Shown one piece after another: positions 9,878-20,577 of a DNA stretch of 64,000 nt. The translations under genes were made by a program, and so were the position numbers. The notes below the pieces were generated by a model. That model was not told the DNA's origin. It searched no databases and saw only the letters and a list, made by a program, of their open reading frames with translations. Position 1 is the first letter of the stretch. Every line of letters starts with the position of its first letter. The DNA comes from Nitrospira sp. (GTDB taxonomy: Bacteria > Nitrospirota > Nitrospiria > Nitrospirales > Nitrospiraceae): contig AP038806.1 of assembly GCA_047150005.1 (NCBI GenBank), positions 1,024,001-1,088,000 of the forward strand. Reading direction: 5' to 3'.

Positions 9878-10651
9878 ATGCCCGGCCCCGAAGAACGACC
9901 TCCGAAGAAACCATCAACCCAACGAACTGTGGTCGCGCATATGATGACACCAGGCGTCGTGCAAGTTCCGGGCGATGTGTCCGTGAGCGAGGCCGCATTG
10001 ATGCTGGAGCGCGAGCAGGCTCCCTGCCTGCTCGTCAAGGATTCGGATGCCAGATTCGGCGTCATGACGCCGCACGACATCGTCAAAAAAGTCGTGGCCC
10101 AAGGGCTCGAGCCGCATGAGATCGAAGTGCGGACCATCATGACCCGTCCGGTTCAGTTCATTGAATATGACGAGGCGCTTGAGGAGGCCGCAACCATCAT
10201 GGTCGCAACCGGAGCGTCGGTGCTGATCGTGACGAAGCAGAACCAGCCGGTGGGAGTGCTGACCGCACACAACTTGATGCTCACGCCCCCCCGTCGAGCG
10301 ACGCAGATCCCGACGGTCATCACCGTGATGGGAGACGATCCCACCGTCCAGCATGCGCACAATGCCGTCATTTCGCAATTGAGCCATCTCGGCTCGTTGG
10401 TGCACTCGAAGACGCACATCACGGCGAAGAGCCGCGTCGTGCTCGCGTTCTCCTTGCCGGGTCAGAATACGCCGCTGACCATTCACGGAAAAGTACTGAG
10501 CAGCGGCACGGCTCCCGTCGGGTCGACTCAACCTTCAGAGGGAGGTATGAATGCATCCGAGATCCAGTTCGTCGATCCTTCAGACGCCAACCTGGCTCGC
10601 CTCAAGGCGTGGGCGCTCCAAGCATTGCCCGCCTCCTCCGAATCCGAGTAA
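9878..10651 (+). CDS. CBS-pair plus PilZ-like domain protein
   Basis: N-terminal CBS pair (FGVMTPHDI, VGVLTAHNL); C-terminal ISQLSHLG...VLAFSLPG...IHGKV...IQF PilZ-like pattern. Confidence 0.75.
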   Translation: MPGPEERPPKKPSTQRTVVAHMMTPGVVQVPGDVSVSEAALMLEREQAPCLLVKDSDARFGVMTPHDIVKKVVAQGLEPHEIEVRTIMTRPVQFIEYDEALEEAATIMVATGASVLIVTKQNQPVGVLTAHNLMLTPPRRATQIPTVITVMGDDPTVQHAHNAVISQLSHLGSLVHSKTHITAKSRVVLAFSLPGQNTPLTIHGKVLSSGTAPVGSTQPSEGGMNASEIQFVDPSDANLARLKAWALQALPASSESE

Positions 10652-10673
10652 CGTCGCAAAAAGCCTCTCCGCT

Positions 10674-10702
10674 TTGACCAATCGCCGATCAGTTGATAGA
10701 AT
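10674..10702 (+). promoter_or_regulatory. Sigma70-type promoter upstream of the LOG gene
   Basis: TTGACC-N17-TAGAAT with extended -10 TG. Confidence 0.6.
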
Positions 10703-10734
10703 TTTGCACTGAACCACGCATCGCACTCCAAGAA

Positions 10735-11790
10735 ATGGAGAAGCCTGTGAAAGCCACGACCAGCCGTCCCCGCACGATTCTCTCGAACGATGAGATGCTG
10801 CGTCAGGTTCGGACCATCCTGGAGAGCCCGGAGGACGATCTCCAGGCCGGCCTCGTCAAGGAATTGCTGAGCGGCGTGCTTCGGTTGCACGATTCCCATC
10901 TGGAAGCCCTGGACCTCAAGATCGTCAACCGTACCATCAAGGAACTGCGTCACGCATTCCGGGTGTTCCACGACTATCGCGACCGACGAAAAGTCAGCGT
11001 CTTCGGATCGGCTCGTACCCTTCCGGACGATCCGAACTACGGCCTTGCGGCCGAATTCGCCGCGCGAATCGTCCGGGAAGGATTCATGGTCATCACCGGC
11101 GGTGCGGACGGCATCATGCGTGCGGCCCAGGAGGGAGCCGGCCGGGAAAACAGTTTCGGTGTCAACATCATGCTGCCGTTCGAGCAAGGCCCGAACGCCA
11201 CCATCGCCGACGATCCCAAACTGGTCACCTTCAAGTATTTCTTCACCCGGAAGCTGATCTTTCAAAAAGAAGCCAACGCGATCGCTCTGTTCCCCGGTGG
11301 ATTCGGCACGCACGACGAAGGATTTGAAATCCTGACGCTCGCGCAAACCGGCAAGAGCGACCCGCAACCGATCGTCTGCCTTCAGGCTCCCGGATGCGAC
11401 TACTGGGACGAATGGCACGGGTTCATCACCAGACAGTTGTTATCCCGCCAGCTCATCAGCCCGGAGGATCTGTGCCTCTATAAGATCGTCACGTCGGCCG
11501 ACGCAGCGGTCGAAGAGATCAGGACTTTTTATCGGCGATTCCATTCCATTCGCTACGTCGGCCGGCAATTGGTGATCCGAATGACCAGCCCGCTCTCTCA
11601 GGAGCAGGTTGACGCGTTGCACGACCGGTTCAGCGATCTGTTGTCGGAAGGCACATTCGAGCTGCACGGGCACCTTCCAGAGGAGCTCGATGAGCCCGAA
11701 TTGACCGGCCTCCCTCGCCTGATGTTCATCTCGAACCGCAAGAGCGCAAGCAGGCTGCGCCAGCTGATCGACCATCTGAACCGCCTGTAG
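10735..11790 (+). CDS. LOG-family (TIGR00730) nucleotide phosphoribohydrolase-like protein
   Basis: VSVFGSAR, ITGGADGIM, FKYFFTRK, PGGFGTHDE. Start placed downstream of the promoter. Confidence 0.9.
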   Translation: MEKPVKATTSRPRTILSNDEMLRQVRTILESPEDDLQAGLVKELLSGVLRLHDSHLEALDLKIVNRTIKELRHAFRVFHDYRDRRKVSVFGSARTLPDDPNYGLAAEFAARIVREGFMVITGGADGIMRAAQEGAGRENSFGVNIMLPFEQGPNATIADDPKLVTFKYFFTRKLIFQKEANAIALFPGGFGTHDEGFEILTLAQTGKSDPQPIVCLQAPGCDYWDEWHGFITRQLLSRQLISPEDLCLYKIVTSADAAVEEIRTFYRRFHSIRYVGRQLVIRMTSPLSQEQVDALHDRFSDLLSEGTFELHGHLPEELDEPELTGLPRLMFISNRKSASRLRQLIDHLNRL

Positions 11791-11848
11791 TCCCACGTGC
11801 GAATTGCGCTTTAGTCCCGCGGAGCGCCATGGTATGCTCCGCCTCGCC

Positions 11849-12724
11849 ATGGCCGGACCGCTCTCGACACCTCGCGCCTCCTTCGTCCCCACCATCGTCC
11901 TCTATCACGCCGAATGCGCCGACGGGTTCGGCGCCGCGTGGGCGTTATGGCGCGAGTTTCCGTCCGCCCGCTATCTTCCGGTCAAGCATGGCAATCCGCC
12001 TCCCGACGGCTTGACCGGCCAACGAGTGATCATCGTCGATTTCAGCTACAGCCGCCACCAGCTTGAGGCCATGGCCAGCACGACCGAATCCCTTCTCGTC
12101 CTGGACCATCATGTGACGGCGGAGAAAGCCCTGGAAGGCTTGCCGTACGCGTATTTCGATCTCAAGAAGTCCGGAGCGGTACTGGCCTGGGAATGGGCCA
12201 GCCCTAAGCCGGTTCCCTGGCTCTTGGAATACATCCAGGACAAGGACCTCTGGACCTGGGCTCTACCCAGCAGCCGTGAAATCAACGCCGCGGTCGCCTC
12301 CTACCCGTTCGACTTCGAGACCTGGAATCATTTCTCCCGCAAGGATTTAGAACACGAGGGCCGCGCCATCCTCCGATACGAGGGCGAAATCGTGAGCAAA
12401 CTCTCGGCTCAAGCCGTGATGGTCGAGTTTCGCGGAGAGACGGTCCCGTCCGTCCACAGCGCCGTGCTGACGAGCCAAATCGGGGAACGATTGTCGGCGG
12501 ATCATGCGTTCTGCCTGATCTGGCACGATCGGGACGGCCGCCGCTATTACAGCATGCGGTCGAGAGAAGAAGGAACGGACGTCGGATCGATCGCCGCCTC
12601 GTTCGGTGGCGGAGGGCATACGCATGCCGCAGGATTTTCCATCCCTCTGGGTCCCGACGGATCTCTGCCCGACAACCCTGCTCTGCCTCGGCCGGTCTTG
12701 AATCGCCGGCGCGGGGCGCCGTGA
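11849..12724 (+). CDS. DHH/DHHA1-family phosphoesterase
   Basis: YHAECADG, IVDFSY, LDHH, YSMRS, GGGGHTHAAGF. Confidence 0.88.
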   Translation: MAGPLSTPRASFVPTIVLYHAECADGFGAAWALWREFPSARYLPVKHGNPPPDGLTGQRVIIVDFSYSRHQLEAMASTTESLLVLDHHVTAEKALEGLPYAYFDLKKSGAVLAWEWASPKPVPWLLEYIQDKDLWTWALPSSREINAAVASYPFDFETWNHFSRKDLEHEGRAILRYEGEIVSKLSAQAVMVEFRGETVPSVHSAVLTSQIGERLSADHAFCLIWHDRDGRRYYSMRSREEGTDVGSIAASFGGGGHTHAAGFSIPLGPDGSLPDNPALPRPVLNRRRGAP

Positions 12725-12736
12725 TGCTCTCTCGCG

Positions 12737-13426
12737 ATGATTCCTCTGCATGACGATAATCCGACCGACAGCACACCGGTCATCACCGTCGCCCTGATCG
12801 TTTCCTGCATACTCGTCTTTCTCTATCAGGCCAGCCTCCCGGGCGAACCGGGGGCACGACTCGTCTTTGAGTTCGGCGCCATTCCGGCGGTAGTCTTTGG
12901 AACGGCCCAGATCCCCGATGTCGTCATTCCACCGTACGCCACCCTCGTGACCAGCATGTTTCTGCACGGTGGATGGATGCACCTCATCGGAAACATGCTC
13001 TATCTCTGGATCTTCGGCAACAATATCGAAGATGTCATGGGACACGGCCGGTTCATCGTATTCTATGTGGCCTGCGGCATCCTGGCGGCCCTCAGCCACG
13101 CGCTGACCGATCCGTCCTCCACGGTCCCGATGGTCGGAGCGAGCGGCGCCATCTCGGGGGTACTGGGGGCGTATGTGCTACTCTTTCCCCGCGCCCATGT
13201 GCTGGTGTTCATTCCCGGCATCGGAACAGCGCGGGTAGCGGCCGGAGTCGTTCTGGGCATGTGGTTTGCCACACAGCTGTTGAGCGGAGGAATGAGCGCC
13301 GGTTCACCGGGTGGGGGCGTCGCGTTCTTCGCTCACATTGGGGGCTTCGTCGCGGGCATGATACTGATCGGGCTGTTCAAGCGCTCTGACGTCCCGTTTT
13401 TTGCGCCGGCACGGCTTCATCGTTGA
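12737..13426 (+). CDS. Rhomboid intramembrane serine protease
   Basis: SMFLHGGWMHLIGNM, GASGAISG, AHIGGF. Confidence 0.93.
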   Translation: MIPLHDDNPTDSTPVITVALIVSCILVFLYQASLPGEPGARLVFEFGAIPAVVFGTAQIPDVVIPPYATLVTSMFLHGGWMHLIGNMLYLWIFGNNIEDVMGHGRFIVFYVACGILAALSHALTDPSSTVPMVGASGAISGVLGAYVLLFPRAHVLVFIPGIGTARVAAGVVLGMWFATQLLSGGMSAGSPGGGVAFFAHIGGFVAGMILIGLFKRSDVPFFAPARLHR

Positions 13427-13465
13427 GACATCTACCGAAACACCGTTTGCCGCCTCTGCGATCGG

Positions 13466-15346
13466 CTACGCGTCGATCAGTTCTCGAACCTTTTCGACCA
13501 GACCGGCCTGCCGATACGGTCTCCGCAACAGAAACCGTCTGTTGATCCGGTGGGAGAGAATCGCGTCGTCGTCGTAACCGGACACGAAGAGCGCTTTCAT
13601 CATCGGAAACTGTCTCAGCAACCGTCTGGCCAGCTCTCTGCCGGTGATCTCCGGCATGATAAGGCTGCTCACGGCGACCTGTAACCCGCCCTGGTGCTGA
13701 TGCGCCAGCATCAACGCTTCCACCGGCGAACTGGCTTCCAGCACCCGGTATCGGTGACGGCGCAAGGTCGATAGGGCGAGCTTCCGCTCGATTTCGTAGG
13801 GTTCGACCAAAAGAATCGTCTCTTCCCCTCGGGCTGATAGCGCCGTCGCCGGGGTCTCGACGCGGGATCCAGTATCCTCGACCACAGGCATCGAGATGCA
13901 CACCGTAGTCCCGTGACCCGGCTGGCTCATGACTTCGACGTGACCACCGTGCTGTTTGATGATCCCGTATACCGCGGTCAGTCCCAATCCCACATTCGTC
14001 TCTTTCGTCGAAAAGAACGGCTCGAACATCCGGGATTGCGTGTCGCGCGTCATGCCGCTCCCGCTGTCGCTGATCTGAATCACGGCGACGCCGGCTCCCC
14101 GTTTCGTCTCGCGGCCGCTCCGTTCTTTTGCAACCGGTCCCCGCGTCACGTCGATCTTCAGACGACCGACGCCCGGTATGGCGTCCCGGGCGTTGACAAC
14201 CACGTTGAGCAACGCCTGCTCGAAGCCCTCCCGATCGATCTCCACATACGGAACTGCGGCGGCGATCGAAATGTGGCACTCGATTCGAGTCGGCAACAGA
14301 TCGCGGATTACGCCGGAAAGCTCCTCAACCACGGTCCTGATCGACAAGACCTGACGGAAATGCCGGTTTTCGATGTCGAGGGACGCCAATTGTGAAGTCA
14401 GAGCTGCAGCCTGCTCTCCGCGTCGAAAGATTTCGTCGACGGGTGCATACAGCGAGTCATCCGGCCGAAGACGCGACAGCACGATTCCGGTCTGCGTTCC
14501 GATCACTGAAAAGAGATGGCTGAATTCATTGGCAATTCCCCTGGTCAGCCGTCCGACCGCTTCCATTTTCTGCGCGTCGGTCAGTTGCCGTTCGAGTTCC
14601 TGTCGCTCGACGTGCCCCTGCCGGACGTGGTCATTGGCTTTGGACAAGTCCTCTTTCAGCCCCGCGATTCTCGCCTCCAGCTGCACAAGCGAAGCCTGCA
14701 GCGTGCTTTCCGTCCGCTGCAGCTGTTCGATGTTCTCCAGCAAGTGCGCCTTCTGCTGCTGCTCCTTGCCGATCGTCTCCATCGCCATGCCGTAGAACGT
14801 GGCCATCACCAATAGCACCGGCATCCCAAGCAGCTGTCCGACGGATATGGTCCCGGTTTGTGCGATTCCCTGGTAGAGCAGGAAACCGTAGCCGGCGCAG
14901 AGCAGCGATGAGAAGGCCATAACGAGTGAGAACTTCCTGACCGACGCCGCGATCAGCATCAACACAAAATAGGACAGATACAAGTCCGATCTGGCGTTTC
15001 CGGAGAGATAGATCGTGGCCGTGACCAGGGCCGTGTCGATTCCGACCAGAAGACCGCTGAACCATGCGACATGCAGCACAGACCGTGGGACAATGAACAG
15101 CCCTGCGAGCAGACCGGCCAAGCCGGCCATGACGACCATACTGGCCGCCGGTGTGGCGGCTTGTTCAGGGCCGAACAGCAGCTCATAGGTCAACATGACT
15201 GCGACGAGGGTTTGGAGAACGAGGTACCTGTTTCGAGAGATATGGGGATGGTCAGCCGTCTTGGGAGGGGTTTCGTCGACACCGTCCGATGGATCACTTG
15301 CCATGAGAAATGCCTCCGGACCGCCAAAGGCATGACACTCCAGCAA
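13466..15346 (-). CDS. Membrane hybrid histidine kinase/receiver protein with degenerate phospho-sites
   Basis: Multi-TM N-terminus, coiled coil, QKMEAVGRL H-box region, LNVVVNARDA, DSGSGM, FEPFFSTK, GLGL, C-terminal receiver domain. Confidence 0.85.
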   Translation of the reverse strand: MLECHAFGGPEAFLMASDPSDGVDETPPKTADHPHISRNRYLVLQTLVAVMLTYELLFGPEQAATPAASMVVMAGLAGLLAGLFIVPRSVLHVAWFSGLLVGIDTALVTATIYLSGNARSDLYLSYFVLMLIAASVRKFSLVMAFSSLLCAGYGFLLYQGIAQTGTISVGQLLGMPVLLVMATFYGMAMETIGKEQQQKAHLLENIEQLQRTESTLQASLVQLEARIAGLKEDLSKANDHVRQGHVERQELERQLTDAQKMEAVGRLTRGIANEFSHLFSVIGTQTGIVLSRLRPDDSLYAPVDEIFRRGEQAAALTSQLASLDIENRHFRQVLSIRTVVEELSGVIRDLLPTRIECHISIAAAVPYVEIDREGFEQALLNVVVNARDAIPGVGRLKIDVTRGPVAKERSGRETKRGAGVAVIQISDSGSGMTRDTQSRMFEPFFSTKETNVGLGLTAVYGIIKQHGGHVEVMSQPGHGTTVCISMPVVEDTGSRVETPATALSARGEETILLVEPYEIERKLALSTLRRHRYRVLEASSPVEALMLAHQHQGGLQVAVSSLIMPEITGRELARRLLRQFPMMKALFVSGYDDDAILSHRINRRFLLRRPYRQAGLVEKVRELIDA

Positions 15347-15500
15347 GTCCCGTACCGACGGACCCGTTCGGTAGATCGCTGTTTTTTCTGAATCGCCGAG
15401 AGGTGCAGCCGTCCTCGATGAGGGAAATCCCCTAAGTTAGGTCACAAAAACGAACGACGGAAGGACGGCCGCAAAATGTCTCTGGATGCGGAGAGACCCG

Positions 15501-16658
15501 CTAGGTGATCGCGGCTTTGGCCAGACAGTCCCGTAGGTGGCGAGCGCGCTCCATAGCGGCTTCTTGCCGGGATGCCAGAAACGTCACGTGCCCCATCTTG
15601 CGGTGTGGACGCACGTTTCGCTTACCGTACAGGTGGAGCACGGATCCCGGCACCGCCAACAGCGCGGGACAGTCCCCCTGCGTGACACGATTCACCTCGT
15701 CTCCGATGAGATTGACCATGACGCCGGGGCCGGTGAGGCGAACCTCGCCTAAGGGGAGGCCGCAGATCGAACGGACCTGTTGCTCGAATTGCGACACGCT
15801 GCAGGCATCCAGCGTGTAATGGCCCGAGTTGTGCGGTCGAGGAGCGATTTCGTTGATGAGAATCTGCTCGCCTGGCAATTCAAACAACTCCAGACAGAAG
15901 ACCCCGATTCCATCCAGTTGTTCGACAGTCCGTCTGGCCAATTCCTCGATGCGCATTGCAAGCGACGATGAAATCCGGGCCGGGACGACGGTCGTTCTGA
16001 GAATACCGTCATCATGCTCGTTCTCCGCAATCGGATACACCACGGTCGTGCCGTCCATCCCTCGGACCGCCAACACGGACAATTCGCGTTCGAACGGAAC
16101 AAAGGATTCGACGATCCACCGTGTGCCCTGCTGACAGGCGGTTCGGACGGCCTCCCGAACTTCCGGCAGGTCGGATTGGCTCCGGATTCTCCATTGTCCT
16201 TTGCCGTCATAGCCGGCCGTCGCCGTCTTGCAGACCGCCGGGAAACCGATCGTTGCGACGGCCTCGGACAAGTGCTCCGGCGACGACACCGCCGCATAGC
16301 GGGGGACAGGAAAATCGCGCGCGCGCAGGTAGTCTTTTTGAACGACGCGATCCTGAATGATCTTCAGGACGGCACTCGATGGACGAAGCGGCTTCCGCTG
16401 CTCAAGGTCGCGACAGAGCGTCCAAGGGACGTTTTCCCATTCGTAGGTGACGACACTGACGAGATCGGTGAAGGCTTCAAACGTGCGGCGGTCGGCGAAC
16501 GATTGTGCGAAGGAATGTCGGACGATGCGGTGCGCTGGCGCGTCAGGATCCGGGTCCCACACGGCCACCTCGTACCCAAGCCGCTGAGCCGCCTCGGCAA
16601 ACATGGAACCCAGCTGTCCGCCGCCCAACACTCCAAGGACTGCCCCCGTCGCGATCAC
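15501..16658 (-). CDS. purK: N5-carboxyaminoimidazole ribonucleotide synthase
   Basis: [43 protein letters not shown]. Confidence 0.96.
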   Translation of the reverse strand: MIATGAVLGVLGGGQLGSMFAEAAQRLGYEVAVWDPDPDAPAHRIVRHSFAQSFADRRTFEAFTDLVSVVTYEWENVPWTLCRDLEQRKPLRPSSAVLKIIQDRVVQKDYLRARDFPVPRYAAVSSPEHLSEAVATIGFPAVCKTATAGYDGKGQWRIRSQSDLPEVREAVRTACQQGTRWIVESFVPFERELSVLAVRGMDGTTVVYPIAENEHDDGILRTTVVPARISSSLAMRIEELARRTVEQLDGIGVFCLELFELPGEQILINEIAPRPHNSGHYTLDACSVSQFEQQVRSICGLPLGEVRLTGPGVMVNLIGDEVNRVTQGDCPALLAVPGSVLHLYGKRNVRPHRKMGHVTFLASRQEAAMERARHLRDCLAKAAIT

Positions 16659-17260
16659 CGCCCGTTTCTCGGTCGTCGACGGGGGCGGCTGCCCCAGGAG
16701 ACGCCGTCCAGCAGGCCCTGTGCTTCCGGACTATTGAGCACACTCTCCGTCTGGGTTCTGCGGAAATCCTTGACCCGGGCGGCAACGTCCGGATAGCGGC
16801 CGGCAAGAATCTGCGCCGCCAGCAAGCCGGCGTTTTCGGCTCCTCCGATGGCCACCGTGGCCACTGGAATGCCGCGAGGCATTTGGACGATCGACAGGAG
16901 GGAATCAAGCCCCCGAAGATGTTCGGTGGGAATGGGAACCCCGATGACCGGCAGATGGGTCTTGGCGGCGAGCATCCCGGGTAAATGCGCGGCTCCGCCG
17001 GCCCCGGCGACGATCACTTCAATGCCCCGGGCTGCAGCCTGCTCGGCGTACGCAAATAAGCGATCAGGGGTACGGTGAGCGGATACGACCAGCAGCTCAT
17101 GGGGCACACCAAGTTCGCCGAGGAGGGCCGTCGTCTTCTCCAAGATCGGAAAATCGGACTTGCTGCCCCCCAGCACCCCTACAAGCGGTGGCGCGGTGCG
17201 CGGATCGTCGCGGCGCCGGCCGTGTGCTCTTCTGGACCGTAACGAGGTCTTGGGCTTCAC
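16655..17260 (-). CDS. purE: N5-CAIR mutase
   Basis: [44 protein letters not shown]. Confidence 0.97.
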   Translation of the reverse strand: MKPKTSLRSRRAHGRRRDDPRTAPPLVGVLGGSKSDFPILEKTTALLGELGVPHELLVVSAHRTPDRLFAYAEQAAARGIEVIVAGAGGAAHLPGMLAAKTHLPVIGVPIPTEHLRGLDSLLSIVQMPRGIPVATVAIGGAENAGLLAAQILAGRYPDVAARVKDFRRTQTESVLNSPEAQGLLDGVSWGSRPRRRPRNGR

Positions 17261-17330
17261 GCCTCACCTTAGCGATTCTCCCCCGGGCGGTCAAGGACGT
17301 CCGCCGCGCAAGCGCGTCTTCGTCGAGAAA

Positions 17331-17360
17331 TTGACCACTTGAGCCGGTTTCCTCTATGAT
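17331..17360 (+). promoter_or_regulatory. Sigma70-type promoter for the HlyD gene
   Basis: TTGACC-N18-TATGAT. Confidence 0.5.
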
Positions 17361-17403
17361 AGATGCGTATTCTCAGACCTATTCGCGTCCTCGCGAGGCC
17401 CCC

Positions 17404-18840
17404 GTGGCAGGTATCGCACAAACCCTTCGGCGCAAGGTCCGCTCGCTCGTCAATCAGCCGTCCGGACTCGATGAAATAGCGATCGATGACCTTGCGGCAT
17501 CCAACAAGCTGCGAGCCTGGGAAGCGGTGCAGATTCCCGAACGGTTGAAGTTTTCTTCGAAACTCGCCCTGACGCTCATTTTGCTTTTTATACTGATCAT
17601 CGCGTTTCTGCCGTGGACTCAGACCATTACTGTCACGGGACAGCTGTCGGCTTACACTCCGTTCGAGCGACCGCAGGATATCGAAGCGCAGATTACGGGA
17701 CGCATCAAGAAATGGCACATTTTCGAGGGTGTCCGCGTCAGGCAAGGAGATCTCATCCTGGAGCTGGACGATTACGATCCAAACTTTATGTCCCCCGATC
17801 TCTTGGTCCTCTTGGAGCAACGACGCGTTGCCCTGACCGAAACCCGCAAGGCGGCTCTGGCACGCGCCGCACAATTGGACAAGCGCATCGGGGAAATGCA
17901 GAACATCGTGAAAGCCGCCGTCCCGTCGGCCCAAGCGCGAGTGGTGGAGGCGGAAAACAAAGTGCGGGAAGCCTATCAGAAGGTCGAAGCGGCCAAGATT
18001 GCGGTCGCAACCGCGGAATTGAACGTCGATCGGCATAAGCAACTGGCCGAGCAAGGGCTTGTCTCCCAGCGTGAGTTGGAAGTCGCCATCCAGTCGGCCA
18101 TTGCGTCGAAGGCGGACCTCACCGGCGCACAAGCCAACCTCAAGGCGGCCGAGCAAGGAATGAAGGCGCTGAGCTTCGGCCGGGACCAAGTTAATGCGGA
18201 AGTCCTCCAGCGGCTGCTGGACGCCGAAGCATCGCGAGATGCCTCGATCGCCGAGGCCGCAAGAGCCGCCGATCAGCTGGCCGAGGTGTCCCTCCGCATG
18301 TCGAATGCCGAGCAACGCAGGAACGCGAGCCGCATCCTCGCCCCCATGGATGGCACTGTGGTCAAGATGATGCAGGCCGGCGCCGGCGAAACCGTTCGGC
18401 AGGGAGATAAGATCGTCCGTCTTTCTCCGACCAGCGCCGATAAAGCCATCGAGATGACGGCCGACGGTCTCGACGCTCCGCTTCTGAACGTCGGAAGGAA
18501 GGTCCGAATCCTGTTTTACGGTATTCCGGCTATTCCGCTGCCGGCCTGGCCCGATCTGATGGCCGGCACCTTCGGAGGCCTCATCAAAGTAGTTGACCAA
18601 GTCGATGACGGAAAGGGCAATTTCCGTTTCTGGGTCGTGCCGGATCCGGACGACCGTGCGTGGCCCCCTCAAGAACATGTGCGTCAGGGCACCAAGGCCA
18701 TGGGCTGGGTAATACTCAACCGTGTCCCTTTGTGGTACGAACTCTGGCGCCGCTTCAACCTGTTCCCACCGGACTATCAAGAACGTCCGCCAAGCCTCAT
18801 CGATACCCTCTTGCCCAAGGCAGGACGGGGGGCCAAGTAG
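17404..18840 (+). CDS. HlyD-family membrane fusion (secretion adaptor) protein
   Basis: TM then FLPWTQTI, lipoyl half-motifs (ITGRIKKW...EGVRVRQGD; APMDGTV), long coiled coil, VPLWYELWRRFNLFPP. GTG start inferred downstream of the promoter. Confidence 0.88.
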   Translation: MAGIAQTLRRKVRSLVNQPSGLDEIAIDDLAASNKLRAWEAVQIPERLKFSSKLALTLILLFILIIAFLPWTQTITVTGQLSAYTPFERPQDIEAQITGRIKKWHIFEGVRVRQGDLILELDDYDPNFMSPDLLVLLEQRRVALTETRKAALARAAQLDKRIGEMQNIVKAAVPSAQARVVEAENKVREAYQKVEAAKIAVATAELNVDRHKQLAEQGLVSQRELEVAIQSAIASKADLTGAQANLKAAEQGMKALSFGRDQVNAEVLQRLLDAEASRDASIAEAARAADQLAEVSLRMSNAEQRRNASRILAPMDGTVVKMMQAGAGETVRQGDKIVRLSPTSADKAIEMTADGLDAPLLNVGRKVRILFYGIPAIPLPAWPDLMAGTFGGLIKVVDQVDDGKGNFRFWVVPDPDDRAWPPQEHVRQGTKAMGWVILNRVPLWYELWRRFNLFPPDYQERPPSLIDTLLPKAGRGAK

Positions 18841-18957
18841 GGATTGCCCAGACGTCTGAGTTTCGCCCGTTCTTGTGCATTCAGTGTCTGTGGTGATGTG
18901 CCACCCAAGGAGGGTTGCACCGGCTATACGCTATTCTGTTGAGGAAAGGAGTGCTCC

Positions 18958-20445
18958 ATGTTTGTTCGATGCCTGCTCGCCCTGATCCTGACCTTCGCCC
19001 TTTTTGATTGGTTCCCGGCCCTCGCAGCCTCGGAACCCGCGGTTTCCGACAGGACGCTCCCACCCATTCCCCTGAGCGTGGACGAAGTCCACGCCTGGAT
19101 TGATCGCTCCCACCCGCTGCTGAAGGGAGCCGGAACGGAAAAGGTCATGGCGCGCGGAAAGATGCTGAAGGCGCTGGGAGCCTTTGAGCCGGTCCTCATC
19201 AACGATACGGAGCTCGAACGGTTCATCTCCAGTTCCAATCCGAGCCTGGGCACCCAGTCCAAAGGATTCAACGATACGTTGATCGAAGCACGGCACCCCT
19301 GGGGCTTCCGCGGAAGCGCCGGGATCAGAGAGGTCATCAACGGTCCCGCCAATATTCCCGATCTCGGTTTTGGCGGAGGGACAGGTCAGGTCATTCTCGG
19401 CGGATTCTTCCCGCTTCTCAAAGGACTGCTGATCAACCCGGATAGCGCCGAATTGCAGCGGTCCGAATTGGCGGATCCGCGCGCCGACATCAGGATCGCT
19501 CAAACCAGGCAGGATCTGTTCCTTGCCGCCGCTACCCAGTTCTGGGATTGGGTGGCCGCCGTCCGGTTTGCCGAGGTGCAGCGGAAAGCCGTGGGGGTGG
19601 CGGAAGGAAGATTCAAGCAGATCGAGGGGAGAGCAAAGGCCGGAGCCGTGGCTCCCCTGGACGTCGTCGAGGCGAACCAAGAGGTGCAACGCCGGCGCGA
19701 AGTGGCCATCGGCGCCCAGCGACTGGTGGAACAAGAGCAGTTGAAGCTCTCGATGTTTCTCTGGGAGAATGGCACCCCGTCGTCCCCCCTCACGGAGCGG
19801 GCTCCCGGATTCCCATCGCAGATGCTCATCCCCAACCCCGAAGACGTGAAGGTTCATAAACTGCAGGCAAAGGCCGAGCGCCCGGAAGTCAAAGAGATCG
19901 GCATTGAAGCGAAACTGAACAACATCGATCTCGAGTTGGCGAAGAACAATCTCTTACCCAGCCTCGACGCCGAGGCCGCCCCGGCGCGTCAGCCCGAAAA
20001 GTTCGTGCTGGGTCTCGGGTATCGCTTCGGGATAGAGCTGAAGATGCCGATCCTTCAGCGAAAAGGCCGTGGCGAAGTGCTGGAGGCACAGGGGAAAGCC
20101 GATCGTTTCGTTCTCACGCAGCGGTTCCGTGAGCAGCAGGTGGTCATCGACGTGGACAACGCCTTGTCGGCGATCGAGCGGGCGAAGGAACGGATTTCCA
20201 CCGCAGTCGAATCACTCCGTCTTGCGAAGGCCGTGGAGGAAGGGGAACGGTTCCGATTCAGCCTCGGCGCGACGAGCGTCTTGTTCGTTAACTTAAGGGA
20301 GCGAAATTCCGTGGACTCGGAGGCGCAGGTCATCCGCGCCAAGGCCGACTACCAGAAGGCCCTGGCTCTCTATCAATGGGCGATCGGGACTTGGGGCAAG
20401 TCCGATCCTTCGGCCATTCCGGTCAACTATCGAGCCAGGGACTGA
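18958..20445 (+). CDS. TolC-family outer membrane efflux protein
   Basis: Signal peptide; RFSLGATSVLFVNLRE and NNLLPSLD TolC motifs. Confidence 0.9.
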   Translation: MFVRCLLALILTFALFDWFPALAASEPAVSDRTLPPIPLSVDEVHAWIDRSHPLLKGAGTEKVMARGKMLKALGAFEPVLINDTELERFISSSNPSLGTQSKGFNDTLIEARHPWGFRGSAGIREVINGPANIPDLGFGGGTGQVILGGFFPLLKGLLINPDSAELQRSELADPRADIRIAQTRQDLFLAAATQFWDWVAAVRFAEVQRKAVGVAEGRFKQIEGRAKAGAVAPLDVVEANQEVQRRREVAIGAQRLVEQEQLKLSMFLWENGTPSSPLTERAPGFPSQMLIPNPEDVKVHKLQAKAERPEVKEIGIEAKLNNIDLELAKNNLLPSLDAEAAPARQPEKFVLGLGYRFGIELKMPILQRKGRGEVLEAQGKADRFVLTQRFREQQVVIDVDNALSAIERAKERISTAVESLRLAKAVEEGERFRFSLGATSVLFVNLRERNSVDSEAQVIRAKADYQKALALYQWAIGTWGKSDPSAIPVNYRARD

Positions 20446-20577
20446 TCCCGGAAGAAGTGGTTTTTCCCTTTGTGATTTGATAGCTTTAGCCTGGTTGTGT
20501 CGTCACCTCGACGCTGCCGTTGAGTCCCGACCGGGCCCGTCGACGGCGGTACGTGTTTCTCACAGAGGCGAGGTCCT

